From positions 13,761 to 77,760 of the forward strand of contig RDNZ01000009.1 in assembly GCA_011364905.1 (NCBI GenBank): a DNA stretch of 64,000 bases, read 5' to 3'. A program made the translations under genes and the position numbers. Positions 45,405-55,626 of the stretch are shown piece by piece (positions within the stretch are counted from its first letter, which is position 1; every line of letters begins with the position of its first letter). The notes under the pieces are model-generated. The model worked only from the letters and a program-made list of their open reading frames with translations, had not been told where the DNA came from and made no database searches. The DNA comes from Candidatus Thorarchaeota archaeon (GTDB lineage Archaea > Asgardarchaeota > Thorarchaeia > Thorarchaeales > Thorarchaeaceae).

Positions 45405-47159
45405 ATGCTGGAGTTGTTTCAATTGGATGATTTGGAGCAAGAAGTCCGTAAGACTGTGCTTGACAACGCAGTGAAGTATGAAGGGAAACCAAATGTGAAT
45501 TCTGTAATGAGCGCGCTTTTGGGTTCTCGAGCCGATTTGAGATCTCGTGCAGGAGAGGTCAAGCGTCTTACTCAGAAGTATGTTGATGAAATCTCCAAAC
45601 TGTCTTTAGAAGAGCAAATCTCCCTACTGAAACAGATCGCCCCGGAGCTTCTTGAGCAGTCTGTTCAAGTTGAATCAGATGAAGACAAAGAGCCTCCAGA
45701 ACTTCCCAACGTTGACAAGTGGAAAAAAATCGTCATGCGACTAGCACCATTTCCCTCAGGACCACTTCATGTTGGGAATGCACGGATGGTCATTTTGAAT
45801 GACTACTATGTGAAGAGATACAAAGGTGAGCTCATACTGGTCTTTGATGACACAATTGGTTCCTCTGAGAAGATTGTTGAAACTGAGGCATTCGATCTGA
45901 TTCCTGACGGTTTGAAATATCTGGGCGTAGAGTGGCATAAGACGGTTTACAAATCCGATAGGCTGGATTTATTTTACAAATACGCTGTTGACCTCATCAA
46001 GAGGAAAGAGGCATATGTATGCGATTGCGATGCCAAAGTTTGGCGGAAAGAACACAAAATCAAAGGCATTCCATGTGCGTGTCGGTTTCTGAGCGTAGAG
46101 GAAAATCTGGCTCGATGGGAGAAAATGCTTGATGGTACCTATCCTGAGAGGGCCGCCGCTGTCCGACTCAAAACAGGGATGGATAATCCCGATCCTGCCA
46201 TGCGAGATCATGTGATACTTCGGATTTCAGAAACTGAGCATCCTCGAGTTGGGACAAAATATCGAGTTTGGCCATTGCTAGAGTATTCTTGGGGTATCGA
46301 TGATCATGAACTTGGCATCTCTCACATAATTCGCGGGAAAGATCTTGTTAAGGAAGGCAAGATAGAGCAGCATATCTGGAATATCTATGGCTGGCAGCAT
46401 CCCGAGCTTCTCTACTATGGACGCCTAAAGTTTCAAGATGCCACATTGAGCAAGAGTAAATCCAGCAAGGAGGTTCGTGAGGGGATATACACTGGATGGG
46501 AGGATCCCAGGACATGGAGCCTTCAGTCCCTTGAAAGAAGAGGCATTGATCCACGAGCCATAAGAAAGGTAATGCTTGACTTAGGCCTGAGTCTCGTTGA
46601 TATCTCAATTTCGATGAAATCAGTGTACTCTGAGAACAGGAAACTGAGGGATGCAGAAGCTCCTCGCGTGTTTTTTGTAGAGGACCCAATATGGGCTAAG
46701 GCTGAACAGATTCCATCGAATCTATCTGTTGCGGATGTCCCAGTTCACCCAGACTTTCCTGAACAGGGAGTTCGCAGAATCGCTATTGGAATCACCAATG
46801 GGAGTGCTGTGATTGGATTGTCTCAAGACGACCTTGGCCAGATGAAGAAAGATACACTATTTCGATTGAAGGACTTTGCCAATTTCACGCTTGAGAAGGC
46901 AAAACCACCGACGATAAAGATGCATAGCAAGGATGTGGAAGAGGTTCGGAAGATCAATGGTCCAATCATCCATTGGATTCCTCGATTAAACAGTGTTCCA
47001 GTTGAGCTTACATTGATTGATGGCTCAATTGCCCATGGTTTTGGAGAGCCCGGAATCAAGGATTTGGCATCTGGAACATTTGTCCAGTTTGAGAGGGTGG
47101 GGTTTGCCAGATTGAATGAAGTTGGAGCGACTATTAGAGCTGCTTTTGCTCACAAGTGA
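45405..47159 (+). CDS. gltX: Glutamate--tRNA ligase (archaeal type)
   Basis: RLAPFPSGPLHVGNAR (HIGH-like), IIRGKD, LSKS, GWEDPRTWSL, QFERVGF. Confidence 0.96.
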   Translation: MLELFQLDDLEQEVRKTVLDNAVKYEGKPNVNSVMSALLGSRADLRSRAGEVKRLTQKYVDEISKLSLEEQISLLKQIAPELLEQSVQVESDEDKEPPELPNVDKWKKIVMRLAPFPSGPLHVGNARMVILNDYYVKRYKGELILVFDDTIGSSEKIVETEAFDLIPDGLKYLGVEWHKTVYKSDRLDLFYKYAVDLIKRKEAYVCDCDAKVWRKEHKIKGIPCACRFLSVEENLARWEKMLDGTYPERAAAVRLKTGMDNPDPAMRDHVILRISETEHPRVGTKYRVWPLLEYSWGIDDHELGISHIIRGKDLVKEGKIEQHIWNIYGWQHPELLYYGRLKFQDATLSKSKSSKEVREGIYTGWEDPRTWSLQSLERRGIDPRAIRKVMLDLGLSLVDISISMKSVYSENRKLRDAEAPRVFFVEDPIWAKAEQIPSNLSVADVPVHPDFPEQGVRRIAIGITNGSAVIGLSQDDLGQMKKDTLFRLKDFANFTLEKAKPPTIKMHSKDVEEVRKINGPIIHWIPRLNSVPVELTLIDGSIAHGFGEPGIKDLASGTFVQFERVGFARLNEVGATIRAAFAHK

Positions 47160-47212
47160 CATGCCAAAGAGGCCAAATACTGTTTTGCACCTTTTTTTAA
47201 TAGTGGTTCAAA

Positions 47213-47959
47213 ATGGCGAAGAAAAAAAGCAAGAGGAAAAGTACGCTTTCACCATCCAAGTTCAAGGTTACAGGCGCTCAAGCGAAACTATCAGTTGATA
47301 GTAAGAAAGAGAAACTTTACTACTTTGGAACAAAGGTGGAATCCGAAAAAGCTGAGGAAGTAGCAGGGTCTGAAGGAGCTGACATTCTCGGAGTAGCTCG
47401 GGGCGATGTAAAGGTCGGCAAGCCATCTATCAAGTATGACTTCTATAGTATATACGATGCTGAGCTCAACGTATCTTTTCTACGTATGCAGTCCCAAGAA
47501 ATCGGCGTCACAGAGGGCGTGAAAGGGGCATTAATCGGAAGGGATGTATACACTTCAAAGAAGAAAGGAAGCTTCTATTCTATCAAGTTTGATATGGTTG
47601 AGCTTTTTGAAATTACAAGAAATGATGGGATGACCCTTGATGGAAGGACTGGTGGACCTGCACATACCATCGAGAAACTCCTTAAAAAACCTGGAAAGAA
47701 AAAGGCAACTCCCGCATGGATTAAGAAGAACAAGATCTCGTCAGGAAAATTCAACAGTATTGAGAAAGTTATCAAAGCTGTTTCCAAGATGGCGGGACAG
47801 AAACCATCTGGAGCAAAGCGTATCACATCGCACACCTTGGCTTTCAAAAAACTAGAGGGGTATTATGTGCCTGTTTACTATGTGCGTGTTAGAGCTGGGG
47901 ATAAATCACAGACACTCAAGATAAATGCTATCGACGGGTCCGTTTCAATAGCTGTATAG
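47213..47959 (+). CDS. Basic hypothetical protein
   Basis: 248-aa Lys-rich ORF ending YYVPVYYV...INAIDG. Confidence 0.75.
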   Translation: MAKKKSKRKSTLSPSKFKVTGAQAKLSVDSKKEKLYYFGTKVESEKAEEVAGSEGADILGVARGDVKVGKPSIKYDFYSIYDAELNVSFLRMQSQEIGVTEGVKGALIGRDVYTSKKKGSFYSIKFDMVELFEITRNDGMTLDGRTGGPAHTIEKLLKKPGKKKATPAWIKKNKISSGKFNSIEKVIKAVSKMAGQKPSGAKRITSHTLAFKKLEGYYVPVYYVRVRAGDKSQTLKINAIDGSVSIAV

Positions 47960-47969
47960 GCAGTTTCTT

Positions 47970-49550
47970 CTAGTCACTGGCTGGAGGTCCCCAACCTCCT
48001 CCTCCAGGCGTTTCAATTCGGACAATCGCTCCGTTAGGCGCTAAGACAGTTGATTTTGCCTCAAGAGCATGAACCTTGCCTTCGTAGACTAATGCGTTTC
48101 TGCCTGATTCTCCATTGCCACCACCATTGAGACCCCATGGCTGTGACCGCCTTCGTTCTGATTGGATGGAGATTGTGCATCCCTCTCCACGAATCTCTAT
48201 CTCTCTGATTATTCCATCTCCACCTCTCCATTGGCCATCACCTCCGGTTCCCTTTCGAATGGAATATGCATGGACCATTAGTGGATATTCTGTTTCAAGC
48301 GATTCGATGGGAGTGTTCAGCGTATTCGTCATATGAGTGTGGATTCCGCTTGCTCCTTCATTTCCTTTTGATGCCCCAGATCCTCCGCCAATTGTTTCGT
48401 AGAAGGAGAAGGCTTTGCCTATTCGTGGGTCAATCCCTCCAATGGTCAAGTTGTTCATTGTGCCTTGACTTGCAGCAGGCACTAAGTTAGGAGCAATCTC
48501 TGAGAATGCTCCCAAAGTGACATCCACAATTCTCTGAGAGGTTTCCACGTTTCCTGCAGATACAGCTGCAGGATACATCGGATTGAGCAACGAGCCCTCT
48601 GGGATTTTGACCTCTATGACACTCCAACAACCCTCATTGACAGGAATGTCTTTCCCAAAGAGCGCGATAAAGACGTAATAGACGGATGATAGTGTAGAAG
48701 CGATTGGGCAATTAACATTTCCATTTACCTGTTCAGATGTCCCTTGAAAGTCAACTATTGCGCCTGCATTTGAAATAGTTAGACTGACTGATATTGGAAT
48801 TTCCCAATTTCCAGCTCCATCACTATCAAGGGTGTCAGAAAAACTGGCTGTTTGCCCCTTGTACTTAGCTAACGCATTTCTCATTCTATTTGCAGAATAG
48901 TCTTGAAGCTCCTGAAATGTTCTAATCAAATCTGGCCATTGGTGTATATTTCCGACTTCTCTCAGTCGTGCTATTCCAACGTGATTCGCAGCAATTTGAG
49001 CTGAAAGGTCTCCGATTCTTTCATCCGGTGTGAGTGTGCCTGAAAGGATGTCTGTGATGGCATGTTTCTGCAAGTTGTCATTCTCTACAATAATGCGCGG
49101 CTTAATTATGACACCCTCTTCATGGATCGAGGTTGACAGACCTGGCATGGATCCTGGACTTACTCCGCCTATGTCTGCGTGATGAGCACGGTTTGCTGTG
49201 AATGCAACTCTTTCCCCCTCCACAAAAACCGGAGCCACCAGAGTCAAGTCTGGAAGATGTGAACCACCGGAGTATGGATCGTTCAATAAGGCCATTGTTC
49301 CTTCCTCAAGATTCCTGTCGAGCGCTCTGATACAAGACTTGACAGACAATGGCATTGCCCCAAGATGAACAGGGATGTCCTTTGACTGCGCAATGAGGTG
49401 ACCATCTTTGTCAAATAATGCGCAACTGCAATCACGACGTTCCTTGATATTGGGACTAAACGCAGTTCTTCGAAGGGCTTGGCTCATCTCGCGTGCACAG
49501 GATATGAGTGCATTCTTAATTACCTCAAAGGAGATTGGGTCCTCAATCAC
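47970..49550 (-). CDS. Hydantoinase B / oxoprolinase family protein
   Basis: SPNIKERRDCS, PVHLG, NDPYSGGSHLPD, HHADIGG, YETIGGG, NTPIE, TPGGGGWG. Confidence 0.93.
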   Translation of the reverse strand: MIEDPISFEVIKNALISCAREMSQALRRTAFSPNIKERRDCSCALFDKDGHLIAQSKDIPVHLGAMPLSVKSCIRALDRNLEEGTMALLNDPYSGGSHLPDLTLVAPVFVEGERVAFTANRAHHADIGGVSPGSMPGLSTSIHEEGVIIKPRIIVENDNLQKHAITDILSGTLTPDERIGDLSAQIAANHVGIARLREVGNIHQWPDLIRTFQELQDYSANRMRNALAKYKGQTASFSDTLDSDGAGNWEIPISVSLTISNAGAIVDFQGTSEQVNGNVNCPIASTLSSVYYVFIALFGKDIPVNEGCWSVIEVKIPEGSLLNPMYPAAVSAGNVETSQRIVDVTLGAFSEIAPNLVPAASQGTMNNLTIGGIDPRIGKAFSFYETIGGGSGASKGNEGASGIHTHMTNTLNTPIESLETEYPLMVHAYSIRKGTGGDGQWRGGDGIIREIEIRGEGCTISIQSERRRSQPWGLNGGGNGESGRNALVYEGKVHALEAKSTVLAPNGAIVRIETPGGGGWGPPASD

Positions 49551-51577
49551 CTTTCATCCCTCCTAAGCCAAAGGACACCATCATTCTCTTGAGTGGCGTT
49601 CCAATCCGGAGTGACATATGTGGTTGTGTCAAGCTGTTCGATTATTGCTGGTCCCACGATTTCTTGCTTTGCCGCAAGGTCCCAACGTCTATAGACATCA
49701 GCCATCATCCATGTTCCATCTGCTAGCAGGACTCTCCTTTGACCTATGGGTTCAGATGTTACATTCACTCTGTGCTTGATTGGTCTGAATTCACCAGATT
49801 CGGACTTGGCGACCACTCGTGCTGTGACCCATTCTATTTCTCGATTACTCATTATATATCCAAATGATTCATGGTGGGCTCTCTCAAACTCACTCTTTGA
49901 TCTCTCAACTATGTTCGTTCCTTCTTCGGGAATGTCGATATTCAATTCATGGGACTGGCCCACATACCTCATGTCGATTTTCCACTTTAGTCGAATCTCC
50001 TTCCTTGAGGCTCCTTGCCTGATTAACCGTTCTGCGGCCTCATTCTCAAGGGCTGAAAACGTGGACAGAAGGGTCTCTTCATTCCTAGCATCATCAACCA
50101 GCAAGACTGTCTTCATGACGTCAACACGAAGGTCAGTGCAAACAAGTCCAAGAGCAGATGTGATGCCGGGATAGGGTGGTACTAGGACCTCGTTAATACC
50201 AAGCGCCTCAGCGATGTCGATGGCTTGAGTGGGGCCTGCACCTCCAAATGGAATTAATGTAAACTTCCTCGGGTCTGAGCCTCTTTCTAATGTGACTTCT
50301 CGGATTGCGTTGACCATGTTCGCTGTCGAGATTCTTATGATCCCTAAAGCTGTTTCTTCATTCGTTAGGTCTAGGCATGATGATATTTTAGAGATGGACT
50401 CATGAGCACTATCTAAATCCAGGGGAACATTGCCTCCCAGGAAGAATTCTGGATTGAGTCGGCCAAGGACAAGATTAGCATCTGTGACGGTTGCATCTTT
50501 TCCACCTTTGCCATAGGCTGCTGGGCCTGGGAATGCTCCAGCACTTTGAGGGCCGACATGGAGCACACTTGCTGTGTCAATCCACGCGATGCTACCTCCC
50601 CCCGCTCCAATCGTCTTCACGTCCACAGAAGGCACCCTTAGAGGCAACCCGCCTACTTCGTTATCTGGCTTAACAACGACATTTCCCATAATCGCACTTA
50701 TGTCGCAGCTTGTTCCCCCCATGTCCAATGTAATTGCTCTCGGGATGCTCCATTGCTTTGCATATTCCCACCCACCAATTGCGCCACTTGCAAGACCTGA
50801 TATTGCAAGTCCAATGGTTTGTCCCTTAGCCCGAGAAGCAAGCATTGTCCCTCCATTTGATTGCATAACCGTGAGTCTGCTCTTGGGGCAAATCGATGAT
50901 AACGATGTGTCGAGACGCTGGAGATATCCAGCAACAAGTGGGCCTAAATATGCCTCCAGGACAGTCGTTGAGGTGCGCTCAAACTCTCTGAACTCCGGTA
51001 GGATGTTTGATGATGCAACAGCATATACTTCAGATGAAGCGTTGATGGCTTTCAACAATCTTCTTTCATGTTCTTGATTTTGATATGAAAAAAGAAGTGA
51101 AACTGCAATGGAATCTGGTTGGCTGGCGGTCGCCTTCGAAATCACGCTGCTGATTGTTGCATCGGTCAGTTCTATGAGTGCCTTACCTTCAGAGTTCAGT
51201 CGTTCATGTACGCCAATCCTGTTTGTTCTATCGACAAGTGGCTCTGCTCGTTCTGCACGAAGACTGTATATGTCATCTCGATTCTGTCGACCAATCTCTA
51301 GGACGTCCTCGAGTCCTTCAGTTGTGAGAAGCACAACTTTTGCACCCTTCCTCTCCAACATTGCATTAGTTGCCACTGTGGTGCCATGCACAACAAGTTC
51401 AATGCTCTGTGAATTGATATAATTCATTTCCAGAATTTCTGTGACTCCTTTAGTGACCGCTTTATCTTGTGACTCGGGAGTCGATGGCACCTTGTGTACA
51501 TATTCTATACCCGTCTTAGAATCGACCATAATCACATCTGTGAAGGTTCCGCCCACATCGACTCCAATCATTCTCAT
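49547..51577 (-). CDS. Hydantoinase A / oxoprolinase family protein
   Basis: GVDVGGTFTD, HGTTVATNA, DMGGTSCD, IGAGGGS, FGGAGP. Overlaps hydantoinase B by 4 nt. Confidence 0.93.
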   Translation of the reverse strand: MRMIGVDVGGTFTDVIMVDSKTGIEYVHKVPSTPESQDKAVTKGVTEILEMNYINSQSIELVVHGTTVATNAMLERKGAKVVLLTTEGLEDVLEIGRQNRDDIYSLRAERAEPLVDRTNRIGVHERLNSEGKALIELTDATISSVISKATASQPDSIAVSLLFSYQNQEHERRLLKAINASSEVYAVASSNILPEFREFERTSTTVLEAYLGPLVAGYLQRLDTSLSSICPKSRLTVMQSNGGTMLASRAKGQTIGLAISGLASGAIGGWEYAKQWSIPRAITLDMGGTSCDISAIMGNVVVKPDNEVGGLPLRVPSVDVKTIGAGGGSIAWIDTASVLHVGPQSAGAFPGPAAYGKGGKDATVTDANLVLGRLNPEFFLGGNVPLDLDSAHESISKISSCLDLTNEETALGIIRISTANMVNAIREVTLERGSDPRKFTLIPFGGAGPTQAIDIAEALGINEVLVPPYPGITSALGLVCTDLRVDVMKTVLLVDDARNEETLLSTFSALENEAAERLIRQGASRKEIRLKWKIDMRYVGQSHELNIDIPEEGTNIVERSKSEFERAHHESFGYIMSNREIEWVTARVVAKSESGEFRPIKHRVNVTSEPIGQRRVLLADGTWMMADVYRRWDLAAKQEIVGPAIIEQLDTTTYVTPDWNATQENDGVLWLRRDER

Positions 51578-51682
51578 AATGAACAAGGCGAAGCTCTACG
51601 AACCTGAATATGAACACTTGGGATGGCCATCTTCGCCTGAATGCTTATATTGCTCATAACCCACGAGGGTTTGGTTATACCT

Positions 51683-53041
51683 ATGAGCGCCACTGCTACT
51701 CCGTCGAAACTGCTAGTAGTTCTTCTAGTCGTATCATTTCTAGCAATCCCATCAATTCCCATTACAGAGAACCAAGCGCACGTTCGTGCCATTCCTGCTG
51801 CGGATGAACCTCTCAGCGTTATTCTCATGATTGGTGATGGAATGGGGTTCAATCATGTGGAACTCGCCCGACTTGTTGAAGTCGGAGAGTTTGGGTCATT
51901 GAATATGCAGGACTCAGACTGGAATGCGTCAGCTACAACATATTCTGCGAATGCTGCTGTGACAGACTCTGCTGCGGCAGGAACTGCTCTCGCTACTGGT
52001 ACAAAGACGGATAACGGTGTTGTAGGAGAGGACCCCTCACGGAATCCTCTTGAAACAATTGTGGAATATGCCCAGACGCAGAACAAGTCCACTGGGGTTG
52101 TTTCCACATGTCGTATTGTGGATGCAACACCTGCAACATTCATGACTCACACTGATAGCAGAAACAACTTCGATGACATAGCACAACAGATTGTGGACTC
52201 AGATGTTGATGTGCTCCTTGGCGGTGGCTTGAAGTATTTCAATAGCAGCCAGATAGCCACTATGGCTTCAAACGGGTATTCTGTGGTGTACAATAGGACT
52301 GAATTGGCCGGTGTCATCTCTGGCAAAGTATTCGGCCTTTTTGCTGTTGATTATATGGATTATGAATACGATCGTAACTATTCGGTCCAGCCATCAATCG
52401 CTGAAATGACGAACAAGTCGATTAGCCTTCTCTCTCAAGATTCTGATGGGTTCTTTCTCATGGTTGAAGGGGGCAAGATTGACCTGGCTGCTCACAACCA
52501 AGACCAGGTTAGAAACGCTCTTGATACAATCGCATTTGATAAAGCTGTGAAAGTCGCAAAGGAGTATGTGGAGGGTCATAACAACACTATTCTCATCGTT
52601 ACAGCAGACCATGAAACAGAAGGATTGGTGGTTCTTAGCCACGATCTTGGCTCACAGCTTCCTGGAAGCCTCCCGACTGAAGCGCAGCGAAGAACTTTGC
52701 GGGCAGAACGAGCAAATAATGTCACAGTGGATTGGACTGCAAGTTATCACACAAATTGGCCAGTTCCAGTCTTTGCTTTTGGCGATGCGTTCTCAGGTCT
52801 GGAAGACAATCTTGCTCTCGATAACATAGATATCCACACTCTGATGATGGACTACTATATGGGTAGTCCGCTCAATGGTACTGATTTTTCTACTCCAACG
52901 ACTACGCCTGAAATAACGACCACTACAGACACAACTACTGAGCCTTCGGGATTAATACCTGACTCCTCTCTCCTGCTAGCAATAACAATTGGCTCAGCAA
53001 TAGTCATCGTGGTTGCTCTTGTGCTCATCAGGCGGAAGTAG
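51683..53041 (+). CDS. Alkaline phosphatase, secreted and C-terminally membrane-anchored
   Basis: Signal peptide, IGDGMG, TDSAAAGTA (catalytic Ser), EGGKIDLAAH, TADHET, Thr-rich linker, TM segment plus RRK. Confidence 0.93.
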   Translation: MSATATPSKLLVVLLVVSFLAIPSIPITENQAHVRAIPAADEPLSVILMIGDGMGFNHVELARLVEVGEFGSLNMQDSDWNASATTYSANAAVTDSAAAGTALATGTKTDNGVVGEDPSRNPLETIVEYAQTQNKSTGVVSTCRIVDATPATFMTHTDSRNNFDDIAQQIVDSDVDVLLGGGLKYFNSSQIATMASNGYSVVYNRTELAGVISGKVFGLFAVDYMDYEYDRNYSVQPSIAEMTNKSISLLSQDSDGFFLMVEGGKIDLAAHNQDQVRNALDTIAFDKAVKVAKEYVEGHNNTILIVTADHETEGLVVLSHDLGSQLPGSLPTEAQRRTLRAERANNVTVDWTASYHTNWPVPVFAFGDAFSGLEDNLALDNIDIHTLMMDYYMGSPLNGTDFSTPTTTPEITTTTDTTTEPSGLIPDSSLLLAITIGSAIVIVVALVLIRRK

Positions 53042-53081
53042 ATCACTCTCGAGACTTTATCACGCTTGACTAGATTCATAA

Positions 53082-54305
53082 GTGCCGCTAACCGAGCCTA
53101 TCTGTCCGGTGCATAGCTTGCCAGTAAAATACACATCTGTAATTCTACGGTTTGGAGAAATCGGCATAAAATCAAGTCAGACTCGCCGCCATATGACCAA
53201 GCTTTTGATTAATCATGTGGAGTCCGCTCTGAAGGAAAACAATGTTCCCTATAATCGGGTCCATTCGGTCTACGGTCGTATCTATATTGATACGAAAAAT
53301 GCGGTTAAGGCCGCAGAGGTCGCAGCACAGGTCTTCGGCATCGTTTCAACATCGCCAGTAATGGAGACCTCTGCAGATTTGGAGTCGATACTTTCCAGTG
53401 GCGAACAACTGGCAAGAGCGGAATTCAAGAAAGGTCTCACTTTTGCAGTTGGTGCAAGAAGAATTGGTGAACATTCCTTCTCGAGTCAAGATTTACGTGA
53501 GCATCTTGGTGAGAGGATTCTTGAAGGCATTCCAGAGCTTAAACTCAAAGTCAATCTCTCAAATCCCGACCAGTCTATCTACGTTGAGGTCCGTGAAAAC
53601 AAAGCCCATTTGTTCACGCAGACATTCGAGGGGGTTGGCGGGATGCCAACTGGATCTCAAGGCAAGGTTGTGTGCACAATCTCAACGGGACTTGATTCAC
53701 CGATAGCCGCATACAAGGTTATGAAACGAGGATGTATTCCTATCTTTCTACATCTTGATAATACTCCATACGCAGATGATCGATGTTCTGAGATTGCAGT
53801 GAAGCAAGCGCAGCTCTTAGCAGATTATATTCATGACTTCGAGGTCAAGATGTACATTGTTCCTCATGCACCTGATATAGAGGAGGCTAAGAAACATGCT
53901 CCTGAAAAGATGACCTGTCTTTTCTGTAAGCGGAACATGCTACGTATTGCTCGGGAGATCGCCCTTCAGGAAGGGGCTGATGCTATTGTCACAGGCGAGA
54001 TCATCGGAGAACAGGCATCACAGACAACAGCAAACCTCCGTGTTATTGAACAGGCAGTTACTGATTATCCAATTCTGAGACCCAATGCTGGTGACGATAA
54101 GGTCCAAATCGAGCATCTTGCTCAGACTATTGGCACATACGAGTTTGCCAAAGAAGGAGCATCCTGTTGTACACTCAATCCTCGCTATCCCTCAGTACGA
54201 GCCAATCCAGTAGATGTTGCTTCCTGCGAAGAGAGTATGGACTTCGAAATTCTAAAAGAGGAGCTAAAGAATGCCCGCATACTAGTGCTTCGTCAAGGCA
54301 AATAG
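53082..54305 (+). CDS. thiI: tRNA 4-thiouridine synthase ThiI
   Basis: RFGEIGIKS, THUMP domain, GGMPTG, STGLDSP (PP-loop), CxxC, TGEIIGEQASQT. Confidence 0.93.
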   Translation: MPLTEPICPVHSLPVKYTSVILRFGEIGIKSSQTRRHMTKLLINHVESALKENNVPYNRVHSVYGRIYIDTKNAVKAAEVAAQVFGIVSTSPVMETSADLESILSSGEQLARAEFKKGLTFAVGARRIGEHSFSSQDLREHLGERILEGIPELKLKVNLSNPDQSIYVEVRENKAHLFTQTFEGVGGMPTGSQGKVVCTISTGLDSPIAAYKVMKRGCIPIFLHLDNTPYADDRCSEIAVKQAQLLADYIHDFEVKMYIVPHAPDIEEAKKHAPEKMTCLFCKRNMLRIAREIALQEGADAIVTGEIIGEQASQTTANLRVIEQAVTDYPILRPNAGDDKVQIEHLAQTIGTYEFAKEGASCCTLNPRYPSVRANPVDVASCEESMDFEILKEELKNARILVLRQGK

Positions 54306-54474
54306 CAAGTCCTCCTATATCTGCTATACTTCTCTTAAAGCCGTTAAGAAATCCTATTACTCCTCCATCACGCGTTGAAACAATCCTTTCCGGTAATACA
54401 AAGTTCTTAAAGAAAAACGGTCTGGAAAAAGGTGTATAAACGCTGCAACTAGCAGTTAGAGGTGTAAAAAGGTC

Positions 54475-54705
54475 GTGCCGCGATCGAGGAAGGAACGTAT
54501 TATACCAGTAGCACCAATTGACAGACTCATCAGGAAAGCTGGCGCAGGACGAGTGAGCGACAAAGGCGCTGAGAAACTTGCACACATCCTTGAAGAGGTT
54601 GGAGAAATCCTTGCTAGAAGAGCTTTCCAGATAACTGAACACACTGGCAGAAAGACGATCACGGACAAGGATATCGACTTGGCTTACAAACAATGGAAGC
54701 CATGA
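54475..54705 (+). CDS. Archaeal (HMf-type) histone with short basic N-terminal extension
   Basis: IPVAPIDRLIRKAGAGRVS...HTGRKTITDKDIDLA; GAGGTG SD upstream. Confidence 0.95.
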   Translation: MPRSRKERIIPVAPIDRLIRKAGAGRVSDKGAEKLAHILEEVGEILARRAFQITEHTGRKTITDKDIDLAYKQWKP

Positions 54706-54778
54706 TTTTTTGACAAACGTATAGGTTTTCAAGGCAACATCATTACAATATTCCGTCTAGTGCAAGTAGTGATGAAAC

Positions 54779-55471
54779 ATGCCAAAGAGAGTTGAGTCTG
54801 TAGAAGACATGACAGTACTCCTCTCACTTCACGATGTGTCACCTGTTTATGAGAATGACATCATAACAACAATAGATCTTCTCTCCGATATCGGGATAAC
54901 CGAACTGACTCTTCTCGTAACACCCTTCTATGGACTCAAGAAGACCAATAGAATATCTGAGGGTGACATCTTTACAAAGTTCCTCAAGTCATTGAATCTA
55001 GAGATTGCCATGCATGGATATTCGCACTTTTCGAAGTCGGGTTCCTTGAATGAGTTCGATGGCTTGTCTCAGGAGAAGGTCGCAGCTAGAATCAGGGACG
55101 GAGTTTCGATTTTTGTGAAAGGATTTGGAAAGAAACCGACTGGATTCATTCCACCTCACTGGGACTCGCCTCCGAAAGTGATCAGAGCTGTGAAGGGTGT
55201 CGGACTCGGTTATTGTGTAAATGGAAACAGCATTCATAGACACTCAGACGATTTGGTGTTTGCAACCAGCTCGCGAATCATAAGCGAGGGAAGACGAACT
55301 CTCAACATGGAAGCATCACTTATCGAGATTGAGCTAGGGGGGTCTCTTCAGATTGGCATTCACCCACTTGATCATCGTACAAACAAGATGTTGGATTTCT
55401 TGGAAGACCTTCGAAACCGCCTTAGTTACAAGTTCATAGGATACAATGAGTTCTTGAAGTCGACATCTTGA
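54779..55471 (+). CDS. Polysaccharide deacetylase-like protein (DUF2334/NodB fold)
   Basis: SLHDVSP, EIAMHGYSH, GFIPPHW, IHPLD. Confidence 0.85.
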   Translation: MPKRVESVEDMTVLLSLHDVSPVYENDIITTIDLLSDIGITELTLLVTPFYGLKKTNRISEGDIFTKFLKSLNLEIAMHGYSHFSKSGSLNEFDGLSQEKVAARIRDGVSIFVKGFGKKPTGFIPPHWDSPPKVIRAVKGVGLGYCVNGNSIHRHSDDLVFATSSRIISEGRRTLNMEASLIEIELGGSLQIGIHPLDHRTNKMLDFLEDLRNRLSYKFIGYNEFLKSTS

Positions 55472-55626
55472 GTGTTTTACCTGTCGAAAAAAAGTCAGTC
55501 CAGTGCTGAAACAGAATGTGGTATCCGCTGAACAGACTCATATAGCTAGTTAATCCATACTTGAGAGGATGCAGACGTGCATCGAGTATGGAAGCATGGT
55601 CGACAGTATAAGAGGAGGATGTCCTG

